64,000 bases of DNA from a virus. Lineage: Duplodnaviria > Caudoviricetes. This document shows, piece after piece, positions 37,063-45,866 of this stretch. Under the pieces are notes generated by a model. It did no database searches. It worked only from the letters and a program-made list of their open reading frames with translations, and was not told where the DNA came from. The stretch lies in IMG/VR virus record IMGVR_UViG_3300027867_000005, positions 506 through 64,505 of that record; one strand, 5' to 3'. Position numbers and translations under genes: made by a program. How positions within the stretch are numbered: the stretch's first letter is position 1; every line of letters begins with the position of its first letter.

Positions 37063-37869
37063 ATGCGTTGCAAGGGATGCGGTAATCAGATGCAGGATCC
37101 CCCGGCCGAGGAGCAGCGCCGCACGCAGATGGAGCAACTCCGCGCCGCAGTGCTGACCGGCCTTCGCGAGCGCGGATGGCCGGAGCCGCGATTACGGGAG
37201 CCAAATGGCGAGCATCTCGATCCATGGCACGTATGGGGCGACGACAAACCAAGCGTCTGGATGACGGATTGCTGCTCCTCGAGCGGCTACACCACCGCCG
37301 ATGGCTACGAAAGCGGCTGGACTGAATTCGACGAGTGCGTCGATGCCCAACGGATCGTCGAGGCGATCGACCGGCTCCGCTGGGTGATCGGGCTGTCCGA
37401 CGTAGGAGGACACGCTGTTGGCTTCTCGTCTCATGCTGGTCAGCTCATTCAGCACGGATGGCGAACCGTAGACGCATGGGCTTGTGATCCCGACAGCGGT
37501 TTGCAGCATGGTTTAAAGGGTTGCGTCCCTGATGGCTGGCTATGGAAATTCGGCAATCGGGTGATGCAGTTCGACGCCAAGATTGGCGGGTGGCTGGAAA
37601 TAAAGCCGGGGCCAACGTCAGAGCGCTGGGACGCAACCACCTGCCGAGACTCGGGTACGCCATGGATTTATGGCCGTAGTCCCGGCATGGACGCGCTGAC
37701 GGCTGAAATAGCTCGGCACAAGGAAAAACTTGCGCACATGCGAAATGTCGTCTCGCGCTCAATGGGGGCACACCAGGACGCCGCTGCCGGTCTCGTCCCG
37801 CTGCCCGCGAAGCCGCAGCTGCCCGAGCCGGCGCCGTTCGTTCCGCGCAAGTTCGGGGAGCACGGCTGA
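37063..37869 (+). CDS. Hypothetical protein
   Basis: GGAGGG RBS; fills the operon between the NusG-like and GcrA-like genes. Confidence 0.55.
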   Translation: MRCKGCGNQMQDPPAEEQRRTQMEQLRAAVLTGLRERGWPEPRLREPNGEHLDPWHVWGDDKPSVWMTDCCSSSGYTTADGYESGWTEFDECVDAQRIVEAIDRLRWVIGLSDVGGHAVGFSSHAGQLIQHGWRTVDAWACDPDSGLQHGLKGCVPDGWLWKFGNRVMQFDAKIGGWLEIKPGPTSERWDATTCRDSGTPWIYGRSPGMDALTAEIARHKEKLAHMRNVVSRSMGAHQDAAAGLVPLPAKPQLPEPAPFVPRKFGEHG

Positions 37870-38165
37870 TGGCGCTGATGGCTTCGAGCGACCCAACGCT
37901 GGACGATCGCCTCTACGAGCTAATCGCCGCCGGCAAGACATCGGCCGAGTGCGCGGCTATTTTGGGAATAACCCGTAACGCAGCGATGGGTAGGGCGCGT
38001 CGCCGCGGTTTCAAATGGCATACACCGCCATTAGCCCAACGATGGCGATATCCACGCACGCTTGAGGACCGCCTCGACGCCATACACACCAAGTTCGACG
38101 CCACAATTGCGGAAATTCGCAAGCGCGCCGAAAAATTTCCGTTGACTTACCGTGCCCAATTGTGA
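37869..38165 (+). CDS. Second GcrA-like HTH protein
   Basis: GKTSAECAAILGITRNAAMGRARRRG. Confidence 0.7.
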   Translation: MALMASSDPTLDDRLYELIAAGKTSAECAAILGITRNAAMGRARRRGFKWHTPPLAQRWRYPRTLEDRLDAIHTKFDATIAEIRKRAEKFPLTYRAQL

Positions 38166-38456
38166 GGGGAACGCCGCATGGCGAACATATTTGGGCTGGC
38201 AACGAGCCGCCGTGTTTGGTCGAGGACAGATCGCACCACGCCTGCCGAGCGCGCCCAAATAGAGGAATTCATGCGAACGCGCGGGGCAACAAAATGCGAT
38301 CCTGCGCCAAACGTGCTTGTTCCGAAATCGGCTTTTGCCGAAAAAAAAGATTGACGAATTGCCAAATGGGGAGTTATCAGCCAATTCATGAATTGCATTG
38401 GGGGCCACACACGTTCGGTGTAGGCCCTCGAAAGCTTTCGGGAAGCTGGTAATTCG

Positions 38457-38894
38457 ATGGCCAAATCAGGCGGTTTCCGACCGGGCGCGGGTCGCCCCAA
38501 GGGGGCAAAGAGCCGCTCCCTCGAAGATCGCATCCTCAGCCGTGACCACGTCGGCCGGCGCGCCAACAAGCGCTTTCCGATCCTGACTGCGGCCGTCGCC
38601 AAGAAGATCATTTCCGAGGCCATCCTCTGCGGACAGACGCCGCTCGAGGTGATGCTGTTCACGATGCGGTGGCATTTCACCGATGGCCGGTTCGACGACG
38701 CAGCGCGTGTGGCGAAGGACGCCGCGCCCTACATGCACCCGCATTTGACTTCGACGAAGGTCGAAATTCGCCGCCCCGAAGACATGACCGATGACGAGCT
38801 GGCAGCACACCTTGCCGCAGCAGAGGCCGCGCTCGAAAATGGCGGCGGACTGGGCGAAGATACTCCGCCAGGAACAAGCCAGACGCGCCATTGA
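38457..38894 (+). CDS. terS: Terminase small subunit
   Basis: GGFRPGAGRPKG...TPLEVML...AKDAAPYMHP...MTDDEL; directly upstream of TerL. Confidence 0.8.
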   Translation: MAKSGGFRPGAGRPKGAKSRSLEDRILSRDHVGRRANKRFPILTAAVAKKIISEAILCGQTPLEVMLFTMRWHFTDGRFDDAARVAKDAAPYMHPHLTSTKVEIRRPEDMTDDELAAHLAAAEAALENGGGLGEDTPPGTSQTRH

Positions 38895-40431
38895 CGCCGA
38901 TCGGGCGCGTGAGGTTTATCTGACACAGGCAGAGCGTCGCACACGGCTGTACCGGCTGTACCCTGAAACCGGACCGTTGCGCCGCGAGCTCTACCCGAAG
39001 CACATGGAGTTCTTTGCGCTAGGCGCAGTACACAGCGAACGCGCGTTCATAGGCGGCAATCGCTGCATTACCCCATGGACGCCCATTGAAATGGCGCGGT
39101 CCACGCGCCTGCCCGCAGAAATTCTCGGCGAGCGTAGCCTAGATGTTCGATCGTGGGCTGATGGATCGCGATGTGGTGCTCAAGCCTCCGGCGTATTTCT
39201 GAAGGGCATAGAGCCAGCGTTTCGAGTTCACTTGGACAACGGACAAGCTTTTGATTGCTCGGGTGCGCACCGGGTATTGAGCGTCGCGGGCTGGATTGAG
39301 TTCGGCCTGTTAATGTCGCTCTCAGATGGTCTGCGTTTGAAGGATAGAGCGCTAGATTATCCGGCCAATTGTGCCACGGCACATTGTCGAGATGATCGGG
39401 CACCTCAGAGCGATCGAGATAACGGCCAAGCACAACCTCCATCACCAGGCGATGCTCGCCAACGCGCCCTGTCGATGATCGAGCGTGCTGGTGAAGAGGA
39501 GCAAAAATTCCGATATATCCATGCTTATCCAGGGATCGGCGGCCCCTCCATTCTTGACGACCCGGACCAGCTCGCGGACCTGATCGGGCAGTTTGAAGAC
39601 CCCATTTCAGTACCCGGCGCTCTATTGACCGAATATGAACGCCGAGAATATCAGCGGCTTGTCGCTGAGTTAGGCCCTCTTGCAGCAGAAGCATCTGGAG
39701 GTGATCTCGATCGATCAAGTTGGCAGCCAGATTGTCGGCTCTTTTTCCCATTTCGGCACATCCCATTGATTGGTGGGAATAGGATTGTATGCGCCGAGGC
39801 GCTAGGTTTCCAGCCAATCCTCGACATCGAGGTCTACGGCACGCACTGCTACGAAACTGGCGGCGTGATCCATCACAATACTGGGAAAAGTTTTTGCATC
39901 GGGTATGAGGGCACGTGCCACCTGATCGGCTGGTACCCCGATTGGTGGACCGGCCGCCGGTTCAATCGGCCTGTCATAGGTTGGGCGGCGGGCGAAGATG
40001 CGAAGGCTGTGCGAGAGTCCTTGCAGCCGACGCTCTGCGGGCCAGCCGAGGCGCGCGGGACGGGGCTGATCCCTGGCGAAATGATTTTACGCTCCCCAAC
40101 GCGCAGCGGCATCCCCGACGCGATCGATTTCGTCGAGGTGAACCATTCATCCGGCGGTCGCAGTCGCTTGGTCTTCAAGGCTTACGAGCAGGGGCGAGAG
40201 AGCTTCCAGGCTTCGCGGATCGATTTCGCCCTGCTCGACGAGGAGCCACCGTTGCACATCTACACCGAGACGCTGACACGAACGCTATCGACGGTGCCGG
40301 GAGAGGCAAACGGCTTGGTGCTGTGTGCCTTCACGCCCCTGAAGGGTGTCAGCGAGACGGTGCTGCAATTCCTGCCAGGTGGCGCTTACCCTGCGACGGA
40401 GGAATTACGCAAGCAAGCCTGGGGGTGGTGA
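38839..40431 (+). CDS. terL: Terminase large subunit, ATPase half, intein-containing
   Basis: Walker A GGNR|TGKS split by an intein; YEQGRESFQ; LDEEPP Walker B; FTPLKG. Confidence 0.92.
   Translation: MAADWAKILRQEQARRAIDADRAREVYLTQAERRTRLYRLYPETGPLRRELYPKHMEFFALGAVHSERAFIGGNRCITPWTPIEMARSTRLPAEILGERSLDVRSWADGSRCGAQASGVFLKGIEPAFRVHLDNGQAFDCSGAHRVLSVAGWIEFGLLMSLSDGLRLKDRALDYPANCATAHCRDDRAPQSDRDNGQAQPPSPGDARQRALSMIERAGEEEQKFRYIHAYPGIGGPSILDDPDQLADLIGQFEDPISVPGALLTEYERREYQRLVAELGPLAAEASGGDLDRSSWQPDCRLFFPFRHIPLIGGNRIVCAEALGFQPILDIEVYGTHCYETGGVIHHNTGKSFCIGYEGTCHLIGWYPDWWTGRRFNRPVIGWAAGEDAKAVRESLQPTLCGPAEARGTGLIPGEMILRSPTRSGIPDAIDFVEVNHSSGGRSRLVFKAYEQGRESFQASRIDFALLDEEPPLHIYTETLTRTLSTVPGEANGLVLCAFTPLKGVSETVLQFLPGGAYPATEELRKQAWGW
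39064..39879 (+). mobile_element. 272-aa intein in the TerL P-loop
   Basis: C1 (CITPWTPI), block B CSGAHRV, block F ILDIEV..THCY, terminal HHN followed by Thr+1. Confidence 0.92.
39068..39751 (-). CDS. HTH-HNH homing endonuclease encoded antisense inside the intein
   Basis: LTQRQAADILGVHIRSIERR HTH; WRGRR..DKHGYI; EHRLVMEVVLGRYL...DHLDNVPWHNWPDNL HNH_3-like motif. Confidence 0.82.
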   Translation of the reverse strand: MGKRADNLAANLIDRDHLQMLLLQEGLTQRQAADILGVHIRSIERRVLKWGLQTARSGPRAGPGRQEWRGRRSLDKHGYIGIFAPLHQHARSSTGRVGEHRLVMEVVLGRYLDRSEVPDHLDNVPWHNWPDNLALYPSNADHLRATLTGRTQSSPRRSIPGAHPSNQKLVRCPSELETLALCPSEIRRRLEHHIAIHQPTIEHLGYARREFLRAGAWTAPFQWASMG

Positions 40432-40432
40432 G

Positions 40433-41227
40433 GTGACCAAGGCCGTCGTTCAGGCCGGCTGGGATGAAACGCCACATCTGAGCGAAGAAGCCCGCCAGCA
40501 GCTCATCAACTCCTATCCCCCGCATGAGCGCGACGCACGCACTCGCGGGGTGCCCCAGCTCGGTTCGGGGGCGATCTATCCGGTTCCTGAGACGGAGATC
40601 GTCGTCGAGCCATTCGAGTGGCCGCATTTCTGGAAGCAATGCTACGCGCTCGATGTCGGATGGAATCGTACTGCAGCGCTTTGGGCTGCTTATGACAGCG
40701 AGCACGATGTCGCCTATCTGGTGAGCGAGCATTACCGGGCGCAAGCCGAACCGCCGATCCATGCACAGGCAATTCTCGCGCGCGGCAAGTGGATACCGGG
40801 CGTCATTGATCCGGCGGCACGGGGCAGGAGCCAACGCGATGGCCAAGACCTCTTCGGCATCTACACCGACCTCGGGCTCAGGCTCAGCCCTGCCGATAAC
40901 GCCGTCGAGGCTGGCATTTATGAGGTTTGGACGCGCCTCTCGACCGGACGGCTCAAGGTCTTTTCGACGCTCACGAATTGGCGGGCGGAATATCGGCTCT
41001 ATCGTCGAGACGAGAAGGGGCGCGTCGTCAAGGAGCACGATCATTTGATGGACTGCTGCCGCTATCTCGTGATGACCGGTCTCGACATCGCGGCATTCAA
41101 GCCGCGCGAGCAGCGCTCTGGCCCACAGATGAAGGCCGACTACCGCCCGATCGAAGCCTGGGACCAGTCGCGCGGCGGTGGCCGCAACGTCGCCAACGGA
41201 CCGTATCGTCCGTATGGAGCAGGCTGA
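40433..41227 (+). CDS. terL: Terminase large subunit, nuclease half (separate +1 frame)
   Basis: WDETPHL, PQLGSGAIYP, LDVGWN, IDPA, HDHLMDCCRY (RNase H fold). Confidence 0.9.
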   Translation: MTKAVVQAGWDETPHLSEEARQQLINSYPPHERDARTRGVPQLGSGAIYPVPETEIVVEPFEWPHFWKQCYALDVGWNRTAALWAAYDSEHDVAYLVSEHYRAQAEPPIHAQAILARGKWIPGVIDPAARGRSQRDGQDLFGIYTDLGLRLSPADNAVEAGIYEVWTRLSTGRLKVFSTLTNWRAEYRLYRRDEKGRVVKEHDHLMDCCRYLVMTGLDIAAFKPREQRSGPQMKADYRPIEAWDQSRGGGRNVANGPYRPYGAG

Positions 41228-41228
41228 C

Positions 41229-41513
41229 ATGGGTTTCCTGTCGCCAGCGCCGGTACCGGCCCCGCCGCCTCCGCCACCGGCACCACCACCGCCGCCGACA
41301 ATCGCCAACGCTAGCACCCAGGCCGCAGGTGCGGCGGCAGGGGCCAGTGCTGCGGCTGCAGGGGGCGCGTATGGGGGGACGTTGCTCACCTCCGGGCAGG
41401 GTGTGCCCGCGCCAGCCACGGCGACCAAAGAGTTACTCGGGCAAAGTATTTTGTTGGCGATGATCTTTGGTAAGGTTATCTTCGCTGCATGCCATTCGCA
41501 CGGATTGATCTGA
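41229..41513 (+). CDS. Small Pro/Ala-rich virion protein upstream of the portal
   Basis: TLLTSGQG...KELLGQ motif typical of this gene position, followed by a 22-aa extension. Confidence 0.7.
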   Translation: MGFLSPAPVPAPPPPPPAPPPPPTIANASTQAAGAAAGASAAAAGGAYGGTLLTSGQGVPAPATATKELLGQSILLAMIFGKVIFAACHSHGLI

Positions 41514-42004
41514 TTGGGCTTCGCTTCGGGCGACTTTGCGTTAAAGCCCTCGTGAGGGTTACGCCTAGTGGAAGTCTCTGGCACTGTGAATGCGACTGCG
41601 GTGGTTCATGCGAGGCCACAACTTCGCGACTGAAGCGCACGCCAAATGTAGGCTGCAAAAGTTGTGAGACCGAGCGCCGCGCCGCCGTACAGTCAAAGCA
41701 CGGCGAGAGCAGGGGCAACTCGAACGGCGGTAAAACAAAACTCTACATGATCTGGAAAGGCATGCATAGTCGATGCCGCGACCCAGGCAACACGAGTTGG
41801 AAGTATTATGGCGGGAAGGGCATTACCGTTTGTACCGAGTGGGCAACTTACGTGCCGTTTCGTGATTGGGCGCTCGCTAATGGTTACAAAGAGGGGCTGA
41901 GTATCGAGCGTGAAAATCCCCAACTCAATTATGTGCCCGAGAACTGCGAATGGATTACTCGCGGTGAAAACAGCCGAAGGGCTCATCTGCGCACAAGATG
42001 CTGA
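41489..42004 (+). CDS. Free-standing HNH-like endonuclease
   Basis: GLRFGRL, WHCECDCG, YYGGKGITVC, SIERENPQLNYVPENCEW. Confidence 0.85.
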   Translation: MPFARIDLIGLRFGRLCVKALVRVTPSGSLWHCECDCGGSCEATTSRLKRTPNVGCKSCETERRAAVQSKHGESRGNSNGGKTKLYMIWKGMHSRCRDPGNTSWKYYGGKGITVCTEWATYVPFRDWALANGYKEGLSIERENPQLNYVPENCEWITRGENSRRAHLRTRC

Positions 42005-42080
42005 GACATCGGAGCGCCTTACCGAGATTTATCCGCTAAGCAACCCGAACGCACTCAGACGGATCGACAGGTCAATTTGA

Positions 42081-43907
42081 ATGCCCCTCGACGGGATATC
42101 AGTAGGGAGCGAGCCGGGTACGATCGGGCCGATGTTTCTGGCGCGGCAGCCAGTCTCTGCCCCTGCACCGAAGCGCATTGAGCCGTGGCCGGCCTATTAT
42201 GCTCACTACACCGCGCGCTTGGGGGCGCTCCGGGTATGGAGATACTCGTGGTGGGTGCATTGGGCTCGCTGCGCCGAGTTCATCCTGCCCTACCGTTACC
42301 GGTGGCTTGTCACCGCGAATACCTTCAATCGCGGCTACCCGGTCAACGATCGCATCATCGACGAGACCGCGCTTCTGGCGATGCAAGTCTGCGGGCATGG
42401 GTTGCTCGCAGGGCTCATGGGCGGGGAGTGGTTCAAGCTCGGTCTCGGGCTTGCCGGCGAGGAACCGCCTGACGCTGCGGCGCGTGAGTGGCTGAAGACC
42501 GTTCAGGACCGGCTCTATGCGGTGCTCGACGGCTCGAACTTCTACACGATCATGGCGCAGGCGATGCGCGACGTGGCGACGTTCGGAACGGCTCCCGTGC
42601 TTATCAACGAGGATTTCGAGGACGTAATCCGCTGCTATCTGCCGTGCGCCGGGGAGTATTACCTCGCAGTGGGCGGCCGGCTCGCAGTCGACACGTTCTA
42701 TCGCGAATTCACATTTACCGTTGCGCAGATCGTCGATCGCTTCAAACTTGAGAACTGCCCCGAGGAAGTCCAGCAGTTTTGGCGCACCGGTGGTGCTTCG
42801 CTTGAGCGCGAGTTTGTGATTTGCCACGCCATTGAGCCGAATTTCCCGATCGCCGGCAAAGGCACGCGGGGGAATGCGGTTTATCTGGTGCCGAAGGGTT
42901 TCACCTGGCGCTCGGTCTACTGGATACGCGGCGAGCAGAATATGGCGCCGCTGGAAGCTCGTGGGGAGCACGATCAGCCATTTGCGGTAGCGGCGTGGAC
43001 GCGCACGAGCAACGATGCCTACGGCCGCGGTCCTGGGATGGACGCATTGGCTGCCACCCGGCAGTTGCAGCATGAGCAGGAGCGGAAGGGCGAATTTATT
43101 GACAAGGGTGTTCGGCCGCCGATGGGCGCGCATCCGCAGCTCGAGCATAAGCCGGCATCGATCCTTCCCGGTGAATTGACCTTCGTCAACACGAGCACAG
43201 GCGAAAAGGGCTTCTGGCCGCTATTCGAGGTCAACCCGGCGCACCTGGCTCCGATGATCGAGGACATCAAGGAAGTTCAGGAGCGTATCAATCGCTGCTT
43301 CTATACCGATGTTTTCCTGATGATTACGCAGATGGAGGGCATCCAGCCGCGGAACGAGCTTGAGCTTGCGGAGCGCAAGGGTGAGAAAATTCAGCAGCTT
43401 GGCCCGGTCATCCTGCACTTTCAGACCGAATTCGCGCCAACGGTCATTCACCGCGTGCTGGGGATCATGCAGCGGCGCCGGCTCTTTCCGCCACCGCCCC
43501 CCTCGGTACGCAACAAGCCGCTCAACATTGAGTTTCTATCGATGATGGAACTGGCCCAGCGTGCGGCCGAGACGGCAAGCATGGAGCGAGGTTTCTCGGT
43601 GCTGGGCTCACTGTCCGAAGCCTCGAAAGCCGCGCAGCAGCCAGATCCGATCCGTACCGTCAATTTGGACAAGGCGTGGAATTTCTATGCTGAGCGTGTC
43701 GGGTTCCCGATGACGGTGATGCGTTCGGCCCGCGAGGTCGCGGCGATCGACAAGGCCAACGCGCAAGCCGCGCAGCAAGCGCAGGCGGCGCAAGCCGGGA
43801 TGGCCGCAGTGTCGGCGGGTCAGGGCCTCAGCAATATACAGGTCGGGGGCGGCCAGAATGCGGTGAGTGCGTTGCTCGGCAATGGTCCGGTCGCAGGGAG
43901 CGCATGA
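42081..43907 (+). CDS. Portal (head-to-tail connecting protein, Bbp21/T7 gp8-like)
   Basis: SNFY, TFGTA, YGRGPGMDAL, ERKGEK..QLGP motifs. Confidence 0.92.
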   Translation: MPLDGISVGSEPGTIGPMFLARQPVSAPAPKRIEPWPAYYAHYTARLGALRVWRYSWWVHWARCAEFILPYRYRWLVTANTFNRGYPVNDRIIDETALLAMQVCGHGLLAGLMGGEWFKLGLGLAGEEPPDAAAREWLKTVQDRLYAVLDGSNFYTIMAQAMRDVATFGTAPVLINEDFEDVIRCYLPCAGEYYLAVGGRLAVDTFYREFTFTVAQIVDRFKLENCPEEVQQFWRTGGASLEREFVICHAIEPNFPIAGKGTRGNAVYLVPKGFTWRSVYWIRGEQNMAPLEARGEHDQPFAVAAWTRTSNDAYGRGPGMDALAATRQLQHEQERKGEFIDKGVRPPMGAHPQLEHKPASILPGELTFVNTSTGEKGFWPLFEVNPAHLAPMIEDIKEVQERINRCFYTDVFLMITQMEGIQPRNELELAERKGEKIQQLGPVILHFQTEFAPTVIHRVLGIMQRRRLFPPPPPSVRNKPLNIEFLSMMELAQRAAETASMERGFSVLGSLSEASKAAQQPDPIRTVNLDKAWNFYAERVGFPMTVMRSAREVAAIDKANAQAAQQAQAAQAGMAAVSAGQGLSNIQVGGGQNAVSALLGNGPVAGSA

Positions 43908-44581
43908 TGGATGACGGATTTCTATTTGAACCATGCGATCCGCGCGAATGCTCGTGGGTGGCGGATGCTCCCTGGGTCAAGGCCAACCATCGGCACCGGC
44001 ACGAATATTACGTCCGTGCTCCAGGCTGGAGCCTTCCCCGGTGCCACACCTATTTAAGCGCTCCATCGGGGAAAGACACGCTTCGCCAGCTTTTTTACGG
44101 CGTCACGCCCAAGGAATTGGGTGCCGCACGAGAAATGTTGGGGCTATCGGAGATGTTCTGCACGACCGACGCAACCCAACGGCAAAACACCGTCAATGTT
44201 TTTGATGCCAAAGGCGATGGCGGCGCTTCCGGGTGGTTGATCGCTTGGTCATTACGCGGATGCTACATGGTGTCGCCCGATGGCGAGCCAGCATCATATG
44301 GCTCGGAGAGCGCGATTGTTGTCGCCGATTGGCGGATGGTTGCTCGGATCGCGAATATCGATGTGCATCGGTCGCGCGATTTTTCGCTTATGACGCTTTT
44401 TCTGACGGCATTAGGCTCTGTTCCGTACCGCGGAAAAGGAACGCGGCCAATGTTTTACGTCAATCGCGATGTCTTCAATGCCTTGGTCGACGAAGGACTT
44501 GACCGCGACAGGCCGCTCATTCATGGCGTCTGGGTTCGCGTCGTCGACGAACTTCACAATGACGAGCCGCGCGTGACCTGA
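43904..44581 (+). CDS. Shortened, divergent major capsid protein paralogue
   Basis: Shares LFYG, NVFDAKG, DWR...RIANID, YVNR and VRVVD..NDEPRVT blocks with the MCP at 48249. Confidence 0.75.
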   Translation: MMDDGFLFEPCDPRECSWVADAPWVKANHRHRHEYYVRAPGWSLPRCHTYLSAPSGKDTLRQLFYGVTPKELGAAREMLGLSEMFCTTDATQRQNTVNVFDAKGDGGASGWLIAWSLRGCYMVSPDGEPASYGSESAIVVADWRMVARIANIDVHRSRDFSLMTLFLTALGSVPYRGKGTRPMFYVNRDVFNALVDEGLDRDRPLIHGVWVRVVDELHNDEPRVT

Positions 44582-45045
44582 TGAGCAGCGGGCTCACAGA
44601 AATCGAGATTTTCGCGAAGATCGCCGAGCTGAAGGGCGCATCGGAGATTTGCGGGAAATTGGCTTGGCACCCACGCCGCGGCCCGGAATACCGCAAGCTG
44701 CTCGCGATCCTCTCGGAAGCCGCCGGCGCGATGCGGCAAGCCTATTACTGGCGGAACTACGATGCGCGCTGGCTCTACATCGCCGAGGGGCTTGAGCAAG
44801 TGAGGCTGATGGCCGGCCGATGGCTCAGAGACTCGGCCAGCAAGGACGCCCGCACCATGGCGCATCCGCAGTTCGTGGCGCTGGCCGATATGTTGGGCAA
44901 GTTGGCGGGAGATGCACAGATCACCAAGACGGCGAAGACAGGCCGTCTCGGGCCTATCCTGCCGAAGCCGCTCCCCGAGCCGGAAATCCGCGTCGGGCGC
45001 CCGGTACAGGTCATTTCGCCCGGCGGGGTTTTGCTGCCGGCATGA
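44581..45045 (+). CDS. Hypothetical protein
   Basis: Coupled ORF in the head operon. Confidence 0.65.
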   Translation: MSSGLTEIEIFAKIAELKGASEICGKLAWHPRRGPEYRKLLAILSEAAGAMRQAYYWRNYDARWLYIAEGLEQVRLMAGRWLRDSASKDARTMAHPQFVALADMLGKLAGDAQITKTAKTGRLGPILPKPLPEPEIRVGRPVQVISPGGVLLPA

Positions 45046-45070
45046 GCCGACGAGGCGGCTGTTCTGAACA

Positions 45071-45448
45071 ATGGCCGCGCTCGGAAATGGCCGATGGGGC
45101 CTCATCGCTTCCCTGCTTGGTGCCGGATTAGGGCTGGTCGCGGCCGTTGCGGGATACGGCGCGCTGACGGCTCAGGTGCAGGGAAGCGCCCAGGCGATCA
45201 GCGAGATGCGTAGCCGCAGCGCAGAGATGGAAGCGAAACTTTCGCTGCAACAGCAGCAGATAACCGAATTGACGGCGGCGCAGAAAGAAATCGAGACGCA
45301 GTTCTGCTCATCCGACATCGTGCGCAATCTGATGCACGCGAACGAATTGAGGATCGTGTCGATGCTGTGGAACAGGGTGTTCCCGCGGTCGATCTATCCC
45401 ACCGACAACGCCTATTATCCGCGCGTCTGCAATCGTGGGCCACAGTGA
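45071..45448 (+). CDS. Membrane-anchored coiled-coil protein
   Basis: N-terminal TM helix followed by a heptad region. Confidence 0.6.
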   Translation: MAALGNGRWGLIASLLGAGLGLVAAVAGYGALTAQVQGSAQAISEMRSRSAEMEAKLSLQQQQITELTAAQKEIETQFCSSDIVRNLMHANELRIVSMLWNRVFPRSIYPTDNAYYPRVCNRGPQ

Positions 45449-45864
45449 GCGATGATCGTCCTGTACCGGAAACCGCCGATGATGATGCCGCGCCCAATGC
45501 CGTTGGCACTGGTGCCATCAACGTTGCTGACCCGGTTCAAATCCGAAGGGCGCGCCGCCGCGGCAAACGGCTGGTCGACGAAAGCGCCGAATTCTGGAAG
45601 CGGGTCTTCGCCGACAAGATTGGCCGCCGCGAAATGTGGGGCTTGCTTGCGTCCGGAGGCGCGTTCGAGCAGCGCTACGGCACGACGGCCAACGGCTCGT
45701 CGGAGCCGATCGAGACGCAGCGCCAGGAAGGCGAGCAACGGCTGGCGTTCAGGCTTTATCTGTCGTGGATGAAGCTCGATCCGGAGGGGGTGGCGCTGAT
45801 GCTGCAGGAGAACCATCCGCAGATTGCGGCAGCATCAGCGGTTCGGCCAACCCGAAGTTACTGA
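45445..45864 (+). CDS. Bbp19-like head protein
   Basis: VFADKIGRREMWGLL...EGEQRLA pattern; lies between portal and scaffold. Confidence 0.65.
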   Translation: MSDDRPVPETADDDAAPNAVGTGAINVADPVQIRRARRRGKRLVDESAEFWKRVFADKIGRREMWGLLASGGAFEQRYGTTANGSSEPIETQRQEGEQRLAFRLYLSWMKLDPEGVALMLQENHPQIAAASAVRPTRSY

Positions 45865-45866
45865 AT

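Noticed and set aside
39769-39783. IGGNR peptide repeated inside the intein, matching the N-extein end
   Set aside because: Codons differ at most third positions and the match is only 5 residues; probably chance or dual-coding constraint.
23180-40445. Idea that the 6-nt-loop tRNA repairs the split terminase
   Set aside because: The TerL junction needs a +1 shift with no in-frame Pro codon next to the stop, and a shortened loop would be expected to favour -1.
41440-42080. Group I intron around the HNH gene
   Set aside because: The flanks are too short for a catalytic core and no P7-type elements were recognised; only the closing stem is reported.
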